This document shows, one piece after another, positions 40,657 through 49,060 of a stretch of 64,000 nucleotides of DNA. The notes under the pieces were generated by a model. That model was not told where the DNA came from, did no database searches, and saw nothing but the letters and a program-made list of their open reading frames with translations. Positions within the stretch are counted from its first letter, which is position 1; each line of letters starts with the position of its first letter. The stretch covers positions 249,034-313,033 of the forward strand of contig CAKPNA010000001.1 in assembly GCA_934168275.1 (NCBI GenBank). The letters run 5' to 3'. The stretch is from an uncultured Bacilli bacterium. Its GTDB lineage: Bacteria > Bacillota_I > Bacilli_A > RF39 > UBA660. A program made the translations under genes and the position numbers.

Positions 40657-41606
40657 TTTCTTAACACCACCAAATATGAATGATTTTGATTTATATAAAA
40701 TACTGAAGGATATCCCAATAAAACTAAACTTCTTTGTTCATTTTGATCCCATATTATTAAGTCATGATATTTAAATCCGGCTTTTTGCCCTAACTCAGCA
40801 ATTAAACCATGTAAATTTACATATGGAATTTTGTTTTTAATATCTCTAAAATCTTTAACCACCCAGATATTATATCCTCCAGGTTTTGTTTTTTGATAAA
40901 TCTTCTTCATTAGTTTTAAAACACTATCAGAATAATCTTTTATTGCCATGTTTCCAAAATCTTTCTCGTTTGAAGAATAAGGTTTAGCAGTAGAATTATT
41001 ATCTTCAACTATTCTGGAATGTTTATGTCTATTTTTTCTGTCATCTTCAACCTTTAATAATAAATCAGCATAAGGTGGAGATGTAAAAGTTAATTGTACA
41101 CTTTCATTTTTTATTTCTTTAATCTTTTCAAGACAGTCACCTTCTAAAATGTTGAAAGAAACATTAGATTTAAGTAAATTTTCTTCATGGTTTTCATATA
41201 TGTAGTCAATAAATTCTTTATTTAATTCAATACCAACGGAATTTCTTTCAAGCTTTTCTGCTCCAAACATAGTAGTCCCTGTACCAACAAACGGATCTAA
41301 AACAAGATCTCCTTTATTTGAATACATTGTAATAACTCTTTCAGCAAGTTTTTGAGGAAATGTCGCTCCATGAATTAAATGTTGCTTTTTTCTTGCAGAT
41401 GAAACATCATCCCATACACTTCTGCTACATAAAGTCCATTCTCTTGCTGTCATTCCATTAAAAGTTTTTTCTCTTTGAGACTTTTCTTTTTCAATGTCTT
41501 CGGGTGTTTTAGAATTATCTCTGATATTTGCTAGTTCTTTTTTTAATTCATTTATTTCTTCATTTTTCTGTTTAATCAATTTTAATATTTCTTTTTCAGT
41601 TTGCAT
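40653..41606 (-). CDS. DNA methyltransferase (N4-cytosine/N6-adenine, SPPY type), M1
   Basis: 317 aa with motif I (LVLDPFVGTGTTMFGAEKLERNSVGIE) and motif IV (FTSPPYADLL). Its stop overlaps the M2 start by 4 nt. Confidence 0.85.
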   Translation of the reverse strand: MQTEKEILKLIKQKNEEINELKKELANIRDNSKTPEDIEKEKSQREKTFNGMTAREWTLCSRSVWDDVSSARKKQHLIHGATFPQKLAERVITMYSNKGDLVLDPFVGTGTTMFGAEKLERNSVGIELNKEFIDYIYENHEENLLKSNVSFNILEGDCLEKIKEIKNESVQLTFTSPPYADLLLKVEDDRKNRHKHSRIVEDNNSTAKPYSSNEKDFGNMAIKDYSDSVLKLMKKIYQKTKPGGYNIWVVKDFRDIKNKIPYVNLHGLIAELGQKAGFKYHDLIIWDQNEQRSLVLLGYPSVFYINQNHSYLVVLRK

Positions 41607-41749
41607 AAGGTCACCTCATATAATAAAATATCACATCTAATTCTAAAAGTCCAGTCCCATTTTCTCTTCTATATAATTATACCATTAAAAAAGATGTTTT
41701 TCCTATAAAACTACAAAATATTTATATTATTTTTAATAATTTGTAGATT

Positions 41750-43128
41750 AAATTTGAAAGTGCACAATTGTTGTGCAGTTAGGTTTGTAATAGTATATAA
41801 TATCTTCTAAGCAACTTATTTGTCATTTAAAGGAGGAAAGTTACAATGACAAAATATAAACATCTTTCTTATGAAGATAGAAAAAATATAGAAGATGGAT
41901 TGAATCAAAATAAATCCATAAATCAAATTGCTAAAGATATTAACAAATCTCATTCTACTATTTTAAGAGAAATAGATAGAAATAAGGTTTATTATAAGCC
42001 AACAGCTTGGAATAATTGTTCCGCTGTTTCTGCTCCATGTCAGAAATTAGATAAAACACCCTATGTATGTAATGGCTGTAAATCAAGAAGCGGATGCAGA
42101 AAAATAAGATATACTTATTATGCTAGAAAAGCTAATGATGCTTATAAAGAACTAATTAGTTCATGTAGACAAGGTATAAGTTTAACTGAAGAAGAAATAT
42201 ATAATATTAATAAAATAATCACACCTCTCGTTAAAAAAGGTCAAACAATAAATCATTTATATATTAATCATCCTGAAGTTTTAAACTTTTCTAAAGTTTC
42301 TTTTTATAATTATATTAATAATGGCATATTTGAATTTAGACCTCTTGATTTCCCTAGAATTGTAAAATATAAAAAAAGAAAAGCAACAAAACGTAGAACA
42401 CGACAAGAAAGAGAAATATTAATAGGTAGAAGGTATGAAGATTTTATTAATTATATAAGTAAAAACCCAAATTTAAACATTGTCGAAATGGATACAGTTG
42501 AAGGACTTCAAACTGATTCAAAATGTATTCTTACTCTTTTTTTGGAGAAAATGAAACTTAATGCTTATGTTTTTATTGGAAAGTCAAACAACAGATGAAG
42601 TTACTAGAACATTTGAATATCTTCAAAAAGTTTTACAAGAAGATGATTATAAAAAACTATTTCAGGTTATTCTTACTGATAATGGGCATGAATTTTATGA
42701 TGTACTAAACATTGAATGCAATCATAAAATTGGAGAATACATCACACATGTTTTTTATTGTAATCCATCAGCTTCTTGGCAAAAAGGTGGAATTGAAAAA
42801 AATCATGAATTTATTAAATATGTTTTACCAAAGAAAACAACATTTGAGCATTTAACTCAAAACGATTGTAATATTGTTGCTAATAATATAAATAGTCTAT
42901 GTAGAGAATCGTTAAATGATAATTGTCCTTTTAAGGCAATGTTATTTCTATGTGATGAAAAGATTTTAAATACCTTAAATATGTATTATATTGACCAGAT
43001 AAAGTTCAATTAAATAGAAAACTATTAAAATAAAAAAAGATATTTATTACCCAAAACAAATATCTCAATGACAAATAAATTGCCTACCAATAATAATATA
43101 CTAAGCAGAATTGTGCACTTTCTTTTAA
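41750..43128 (+). mobile_element. IS30-family insertion sequence with imperfect terminal inverted repeats (core GAAAGTGCACAATT)
   Basis: The left end is ttaaatttGAAAGTGCACAATTgttgtgcag (41748-41780). The right end is ctaagcagAATTGTGCACTTTCttttaaaa (43101-43130), its reverse complement. The two ends enclose the IS30 transposase reading frames. Confidence 0.75.
41846..43013 (+). pseudogene. IS30-family DDE transposase, split into two overlapping frames (frameshift at a T7 run near 42536-42542)
   Basis: ORF1 (250 aa) has the N-terminal HTH (YKHLSYEDRKNIEDGLNQNKSINQIAKDINKSHSTILREIDRN) and the first D (NIVEMDTVEG). ORF2 (150 aa) has ILTDNGHEF and SWQKGGIEKNHEFIKYVLPK (the DDE E-region). The two overlap at 42561-42598. 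Confidence 0.75.
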
Positions 43129-43139
43129 AAAACATGCAA

Positions 43140-43470
43140 ATTCTGTCTTTTCGTCGTGGAATAAAACTTCCTTGACGAACAATACTATACCACATTTTAT
43201 TGATTATGTTAATTTTTTTATATTAAAATGTCCAAAAAAAAGTGCAGTTTCTATTAAAACTACACTTTTTTGACATTTATGTACTTAATTATGCACTTTA
43301 CTTTTTATTTAACAGAATTTTCAGATTAATTGGCAAAAAAGCAAATATTTTTCATTGAGAATTTTTGCCACTTTTGCCACTTTTTCTCAATGAGATTTAA
43401 AACAAATAAAAAATAATTGAAGATTCTTGCCATTTTCGTCACCTTTCTTCAACAAACCATTCTTAAAACT
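43140..43470. repeat. Cluster of palindromes and iteron-like short direct repeats adjacent to the IS30 right end
   Basis: An imperfect ~22-bp IR is aaatgtccaaaaaaaagtgcag...ctacacttttttgacattt. A second IR (tcattgagaa...ttctcaatga) encloses TTGCCACTTTTGCCACTTTT. A third IR (ttgaaga...tcttcaa) encloses TTGCCATTTTCGTCACCTTT. Confidence 0.5.
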
Positions 43471-43473
43471 AAT

Positions 43474-43505
43474 TTTTTTGTACCTAAAAGTGTACCTAAA
43501 ATTAC
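43474..43505. repeat. Tandem TGTACCTAAA direct repeats (right subterminal copy)
   Basis: tttttttGTACCTAAAagTGTACCTAAAatta, in the same orientation as the 34945-34970 copy. Confidence 0.6.
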
Positions 43506-43543
43506 TTAATAGTTCTAAACCTCTATATTAATAAACAAAAATG

Positions 43544-43575
43544 AGAGCTTTCGCTCTCTTCAGGGGGTTTTGGTT
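43544..43575. terminator. recG rho-independent terminator; it contains the right copy of the island-flanking direct repeat GCTCTCTTCAGGGGG
   Basis: On the minus strand the stem is GAGAGC-gaaa-GCTCTC followed by ATTTTTGTTTATT. The + strand reads gagagctttcGCTCTCTTCAGGGGG. Confidence 0.65.
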
Positions 43576-43731
43576 GAACACTCCTACACACAATCGTAGC
43601 GAGTGTGTCATAATCTCTTATGACATATTAATTGTAATATATAATAAATAAAAATGCAAGAGTTTTACAAAAAATTTTTCATAAAGATTTTTTTCAAATT
43701 ATCAAACCCCAATAATGACTAATAAAATCTA

Positions 43732-45729
43732 CTAATTAACCCCTTCTAATTTCTTACCAACATCATCTAACAATTGATATTCACTCCTATTATTCATAAA
43801 AGCAGGCATAAACTCATCAACATCTTTCTTTACCCTAAGTAATAATTCATAATCCCTCTTAACATTAGCCAGTATTAATCCAGTCTCTCCACTTTGTCTT
43901 AACCCAAACAAATCCCCTTCGCCTCTACTTTTAAAATCGTACTCACTAATCTTAAAACCATCACTACAATTCTCTAACATAGCAAGTCTTTCTTCTTTAT
44001 TATCCGCAATTAAAACACAATAACTCTGCAAACTATTTCTACCAACCCTACCTCTTAACTGATGTAACGTTGATAATCCAAATAAATTAGCATTAAATAT
44101 TACCATCATGGTAGCATTCTTAACATTAACACCAACTTCAATAACAGTAGTGGAAATAAGTATATCAACTTCCCCCTCTTCAAATTTACTCATAATACTA
44201 TTCTTTTCCTTAGGATCCATCTTACCATGAACAGAAGCTATCTTAAACATCTTACCAAAAGCCCTATTCATTTTATCCTCTAAATCAACAACACTACTAT
44301 TAACTGATGCCTCACCTTCCTCATTAATCATAGGAGCTATAACATATATCTGATGATGTTCATCTAATTCTTTCTTCATCATAATTAAAACATCCATTAT
44401 CTCATCAGTACCCTTTAAGTAAGTAATAACATCCTTTCTTCCAACCGGTTTAGTTTTTATACTAGATACATCCATATCACCATAAATAGTTAAAGCATAA
44501 GTTCTCGGTATTGGTGTTGCACTCATTGATAAAATATCCGGTAATTCCCCTTTATTCCTAAATGTATCCCTTTGATTAACTCCAAATCTATGTTGCTCAT
44601 CAGTTATTACTAAGCCTAAATTATTAAACATAACTTTATCTTGTATTAAACTTTGTGTCCCTATAATAAAGTCTATCTCCCTATTACTTAATTTATTATA
44701 TATAATCTTCTTATCTTTACTACTAGTAGAAGACGTCAATAAACTAACTTTCATAATACCATCAAATAAACGTGAAGCCTCCTGATAATGTTGATTAGCA
44801 AGTATTTCCGTAGGGACCATTAATGCAGACTGATACCCCGCTAAATAATTAGCGTAAACAGCAATAAAAGCCACAATAGTTTTACCACTACCAACATCAC
44901 CCTGTAATAGCCTATTCATTCTTCTATTACTCTTTAAATCATCAACTATCTCTTTTACCGAACTTAACTGATCACTAGTTAAACTAAATGGTAACTTACT
45001 AATAAATTCATTAACTTTATCGATATCAATAACTTTACTAACCTTATTACTACCACTATTATTTATTAACTTTAAATAATTAATCTTAAATAAATACATA
45101 AATAATTCTTCATACTTTAATCTTTGCTTAGATTTCTTTAACACTAAACCATTATAAGGATTATGTATTAACTTTAAAGCTTCCAACTTAGGCATAAAAT
45201 TATATCTAGCTACTAAATAATCAGGAATATAATCATTACAATGATAACTATCTAAAATAGTATTTATAATCTTAGCAATAAACTTTCTATTTAATCCATT
45301 AGTAGTATAGTAAACTGACTCAACAGTAGGAGTATCATTTAATTTCTCAAATCTAATCTCACTACATACAATATTATTTTTATATTTCTCATACTTACCT
45401 ATAACAGTTATCTCTCTACCTAACTCTAACTCTTTCTTTAAATAAGCTTTATTATATACACTAACATTAATTAAATAACTACCTGTATTAATTCTAAATA
45501 CTATCTTCCTTAATTTAGGATTAATATATACAGTACTAACATTACCATCTATACACCCATCTATTACTATTCTATCCCCATCATTTAAAGAAGATATATT
45601 ACTCTTTCCAATAATATCATATCTAAATGGATAATGATTAACTAAATCATCTGTAGTATATATATTTATTTTATTAAATAACTCTAACGTTTTAGGACCT
45701 ATTTCATTTACTTCACTCAATAAAGCCAT
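43732..45729 (-). CDS. recG: ATP-dependent DNA helicase RecG
   Basis: 665 aa with an N-terminal wedge/OB region and helicase motif I (GDVGSGKTIVAFIA), followed by DEQHRFG and QLRGRVGR motifs. Confidence 0.9.
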   Translation of the reverse strand: MALLSEVNEIGPKTLELFNKINIYTTDDLVNHYPFRYDIIGKSNISSLNDGDRIVIDGCIDGNVSTVYINPKLRKIVFRINTGSYLINVSVYNKAYLKKELELGREITVIGKYEKYKNNIVCSEIRFEKLNDTPTVESVYYTTNGLNRKFIAKIINTILDSYHCNDYIPDYLVARYNFMPKLEALKLIHNPYNGLVLKKSKQRLKYEELFMYLFKINYLKLINNSGSNKVSKVIDIDKVNEFISKLPFSLTSDQLSSVKEIVDDLKSNRRMNRLLQGDVGSGKTIVAFIAVYANYLAGYQSALMVPTEILANQHYQEASRLFDGIMKVSLLTSSTSSKDKKIIYNKLSNREIDFIIGTQSLIQDKVMFNNLGLVITDEQHRFGVNQRDTFRNKGELPDILSMSATPIPRTYALTIYGDMDVSSIKTKPVGRKDVITYLKGTDEIMDVLIMMKKELDEHHQIYVIAPMINEEGEASVNSSVVDLEDKMNRAFGKMFKIASVHGKMDPKEKNSIMSKFEEGEVDILISTTVIEVGVNVKNATMMVIFNANLFGLSTLHQLRGRVGRNSLQSYCVLIADNKEERLAMLENCSDGFKISEYDFKSRGEGDLFGLRQSGETGLILANVKRDYELLLRVKKDVDEFMPAFMNNRSEYQLLDDVGKKLEGVN

Positions 45730-45943
45730 AACCTCACCTACTAACTTCTACTAATATTATATCATTTCTTGTTAAATAATAGTTAAAAAATATTAAATAA
45801 AAAACGGAAGCCTATATCTAATAAGCTCCCTATCTATATAAACGTAAGCATCAACCTACGATACATTATATATTATGCAAACAATAAAAAAAGTTTAATA
45901 TAACATACCAAGCTATATGCTAAAGTTTATAAATATGTATTTT

Positions 45944-46183
45944 TTATCTTCCGCTTCTTCTAGAATTATTTACACCATCAGAATATAACATATCATCTAA
46001 TGTTAATCCTCTATATTGCATTTCAATTATTAAACACTCAAGAATATTTCTTCTAATTTTATTTGCTTCACCATTTATAATATTATAAAAACAACATTGT
46101 AACTCTTCAAAAGAAAGTTCTTTTAAACTATCTGTTAAATTATAATTAACAGTTTCTTTTTCTAAACTGTTTAATGTTACCAT
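45944..46183 (-). CDS. Small hypothetical protein (79 aa from the RBS-supported ATG) driven by a consensus sigma-A promoter
   Basis: The RBS gaaaggagc precedes ATG(46183), giving MVTLNSLEKE... A -35 TTGACA (46238-46243) and -10 TATAAT (46215-46220) with a 17-bp spacer lie on the minus strand. The longer 99-aa ORF start is unlikely. Confidence 0.45.
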   Translation of the reverse strand: MVTLNSLEKETVNYNLTDSLKELSFEELQCCFYNIINGEANKIRRNILECLIIEMQYRGLTLDDMLYSDGVNNSRRSGR

Positions 46184-46210
46184 ACTTTTCGCTCCTTTCA
46201 AAAAAACTTT

Positions 46211-46243
46211 TGCAATTATACACCTACATATTTGGAATGTCAA
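46211..46243 (-). promoter_or_regulatory. Consensus sigma-70/sigma-A promoter (TTGACA-17-TATAAT)
   Basis: Minus-strand reading: TTGACAttccaaatatgtaggtgTATAATtgc. Both hexamers are perfect. Confidence 0.6.
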
Positions 46244-46405
46244 GAAAAATCGTATTTGCCTTCAATTCGCTATGATTAATTTATGATAATGGCTTAAGTG
46301 TTAACTTGCGAAAATGTCTCACTATGATATAATATGTCTCTAAATCATTCTTATTTATTGAGTATTTTTTTACTTTTCTATTTATTTCATTATAATAATC
46401 AACAT

Positions 46406-46470
46406 AGCTTCCTTCTATGGTGAATATGTTTCTATTTGTAATTTATTACTCTTAATTTTAAACACTACAT
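46406..46470. repeat. comEC 3'-end-like repeat, copy 1 (encodes ..VVFKIKSNKLQIETYSP* then an RBS)
   Basis: Reverse-complement translation gives TNVVFKIKSNKLQIETYSP-stop followed by aggaag, paralogous to the real comEC terminus (SVVFKVKNSKLKIKTYSP*). Confidence 0.7.
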
Positions 46471-46524
46471 TTGTAGAAAAAAACTATCAATAAATTATTG
46501 ATAATTTTTTGATTATATTTTTTA

Positions 46525-47034
46525 CTATATTGTAGGTAACTCATTGGTCCATTTTTCCAAATCCTTATGTGTTTGGTCTAATTCAGCATATATTTCCTCA
46601 TCCGTTTTTCTTATTGTATGATTTTCGTCTTTATAAAAATCAATTTTCTTTGATAAATAAGATTTATTTTCTATAAGTTCATATTTAAAATTACTAGGAT
46701 GCTTTTGAAAATTATAATCATAATGAAATAAAATATAAGGATATGTTGCTGTTTTTTCATCTTTATGATAAAAATATTCTTTATCCTTTCCTACAAAATG
46801 CAAACTTTTATCATTTTGAGCTTCGCTCAAATATTCTTCCAATTTATTGATATCTTCTTTATGTAGTGGCCAAAGAATTCCTACATCATTATGCCCTGCA
46901 CATGAAAAATCTGTTTTATATCCTTTTTTGTTTAATATTGCAATTACATTTCTTATTTCATAATCACAATAAATATATTCATTTAATTCATCTTTTATCT
47001 CAAAGGTATTTTTATTAATGAATGCTATAGACAT
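46525..47034 (-). CDS. Hypothetical protein (cargo between comEC-end repeats 2 and 1)
   Basis: 169 aa with no recognisable motif. Confidence 0.45.
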   Translation of the reverse strand: MSIAFINKNTFEIKDELNEYIYCDYEIRNVIAILNKKGYKTDFSCAGHNDVGILWPLHKEDINKLEEYLSEAQNDKSLHFVGKDKEYFYHKDEKTATYPYILFHYDYNFQKHPSNFKYELIENKSYLSKKIDFYKDENHTIRKTDEEIYAELDQTHKDLEKWTNELPTI

Positions 47035-47099
47035 TTTTTCACCTCAGTATTTATTATATCATACCTTTTTACCAATAAATTAATTTTATTCACTTTTTC

Positions 47100-47889
47100 T
47101 AATTCTTTTAAATTTTTAGCTAGAGTTAGTAGATTTTCTGGCATTGTACCAACTAGTTTGTAAATTGTATTCCTAATTTCTTTACAGACTTCATAACGAG
47201 TTTCATTGGCTTCACTTTCTAATTTAATATTTTAATTTTTTAATTTTTGTTCCGTTTGAGAAATTCTAAATAAATTTGCAATTAACTCATCACTACCTAT
47301 ATTATCTAAAATATCTTCTCTATATCTAAGTTTATTTCGTTTAGTAATATCGTTTGCAGTTCCTCCATTATATAATTCCTTATACCCTGAATTATGAAAT
47401 TTATCAAAATTTTTTTCTCACCATTTCTAGCAAAAATATTCAAAGAATAATTACCTTTCCCTGTTAAATTTCTTTGATAAAATCTTTTCTGTTTCTCAGT
47501 AAGTTCACTATATTTTTTTCACTTAATTCCTGCTTTCTAGTTTAAATAGCAAAAGATGTTTGTGCAAGCACTATAATTTCTTTTCTTGAGTCGCCATCTT
47601 GTGTCACTAAATAACATGCATATCTTGATAGCTTATAATATCTAGTTTCCCTTTTAGTATTAGAACCTATATCAACCATTTTACCAACATCAGCAAAATG
47701 GTTTTCAATATCTACATTTGAATTTTTACATGCTAATTTTGCTTTACTAATTACATTTTCAAATCTTCTACACTGTGCATACTCTAATATCTTTTGTAAT
47801 TCTCTAGTCAACCAATACTCATTATCATTTCTATCAAAATGTTTTATATCTTCGAATAATTTTGCTGTATATTCTTTTAGTTCATTCAT
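47100..47889 (-). pseudogene. DinD-like (DNA-damage-inducible protein D / Bro-N-like) gene with only the N-terminal ~115 codons intact
   Basis: The intact ORF 47542..47889 (…ENVISKAKLACKNSNVDIENHFADVGKMVDIGSNTKRETRYYKLSRYACYLVTQDGDSRKEIIVLAQTSFAI) matches the DinD N-terminal domain. DinD is normally ~270 aa. The 47100-47541 segment has no long ORF in any frame, consistent with frameshifts. Confidence 0.5.
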
Positions 47890-48030
47890 TTTTCTTCCTT
47901 CTATGGTGAATATGTCTCAATTCTTAATTTATTTTTTTTAATTTTAAACATAATACTACCATTTTGATCTGTTCTATATATTTTTATTAATAAGTTACAA
48001 AATTCATCACCATAATATTCTTTTGTTTCT
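47890..48030. repeat. comEC 3'-end-like repeat, copy 2 (encodes ..YGDEFCNLLIKIYRTDQNGSIMFKIKKNKLRIETYSP* then an RBS and the ATG of the next gene)
   Basis: Reverse-complement translation aligns with the comEC C-terminus (RYGHPNKEVLNNLSDSKIYRTDQDGSVVFKVKNSKLKIKTYSP*). It abuts the dinD-like start codon. Confidence 0.75.
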
Positions 48031-48058
48031 TCGTAATTCACAATATCGCATCCTATAC

Positions 48059-48940
48059 TCACACCAATTCATATTCTCTAGCAATTATTCTCTCATCAGA
48101 GCAATATTTAATTACATATTTATTATCTTGTTTGCAAATAATAATTCCCACTGTATCATTTTCTTCAATAGTTTTTATATTCTTATCTATATAATTCATA
48201 TAAGTCATAATTTGTCCAGTATGCCCTTTCTTAAGTTCTGTTATCTTTAATTCTACAACTACATAACACCTATATTTAATATTATAAAGTAATAAATCAA
48301 TATAGTTATATCTATTACCTAATTTAATTGGATATTCACTTTTTATAAAAGTAAACCCTATTCCTAATTCTTCTAAAAAGTTTTCAATATCTTCTAGGAT
48401 TAGTTTTTGTAATATTTTTTCTGATAATATATCATACTTATTGCTATTTTTAATCAAAATTGGATTCTTGATAAAATCAACTATATCGGATTCTTTTTGT
48501 TCTACTGATTTATTTTTTGTAAATTCAGGAAGCCTTTCATATTCATTAGATTTTATTTTTTCTCTTAACTGTCTTATTGATAAATTATTTAATTCAGCTA
48601 TTTTAACATAATATTGAAATTTATTATCATCAAACCAAAGAATTTCACAATAATGACTCCAACTTAATTTGGCAGACACTGTCTGCCATTTCTGAGATAC
48701 TTTATAAAACTGTCTCATATTTCTTAAATTTCTTTGACTATATCCTGAACCAAACTCTTCAGTTAATTTTATTGAATACTCTTTAATAATACTTTCTCCA
48801 TATTGATTACCCGCAGCTAGTAATAACTTACCAACATTATAGTAAGTATTTAAATCACTCTTATTAATTGAATAATTTTTAACTTTCCGATTTATCCCAT
48901 TATTTACTAATTCATTTTTTATCTCATTATAGTAATTCAT
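48059..48940 (-). CDS. YhcG-like DUF1016-family PD-(D/E)xK nuclease
   Basis: 293 aa. The N-terminal region has LSWSHYCEIL...LSIRQLREKI, as in DUF1016. The C-terminal PD-(D/E)xK core is YIDLLLYNIKYRCYVVVELKITELKKGHTGQIMTY. Confidence 0.65.
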   Translation of the reverse strand: MNYYNEIKNELVNNGINRKVKNYSINKSDLNTYYNVGKLLLAAGNQYGESIIKEYSIKLTEEFGSGYSQRNLRNMRQFYKVSQKWQTVSAKLSWSHYCEILWFDDNKFQYYVKIAELNNLSIRQLREKIKSNEYERLPEFTKNKSVEQKESDIVDFIKNPILIKNSNKYDILSEKILQKLILEDIENFLEELGIGFTFIKSEYPIKLGNRYNYIDLLLYNIKYRCYVVVELKITELKKGHTGQIMTYMNYIDKNIKTIEENDTVGIIICKQDNKYVIKYCSDERIIAREYELV

Positions 48941-49060
48941 ATCTACTCCTTTCTACGGACTATATGTTTTAATTTTTAACTTACTATTTTTAACTTTAAA
49001 CACAACACTACCATCTTGATCCGTTCTATAAATTTTTGAATCACTCAAATTGTTTAATAC
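48941..49060. repeat. comEC 3'-end repeat, copy 3 (the genuine comEC terminus, stop, RBS aaaggag, then the ATG of the YhcG-like gene)
   Basis: This is the prototype of the ~65-140 bp sequences duplicated at 47890 and 46406. Confidence 0.75.
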
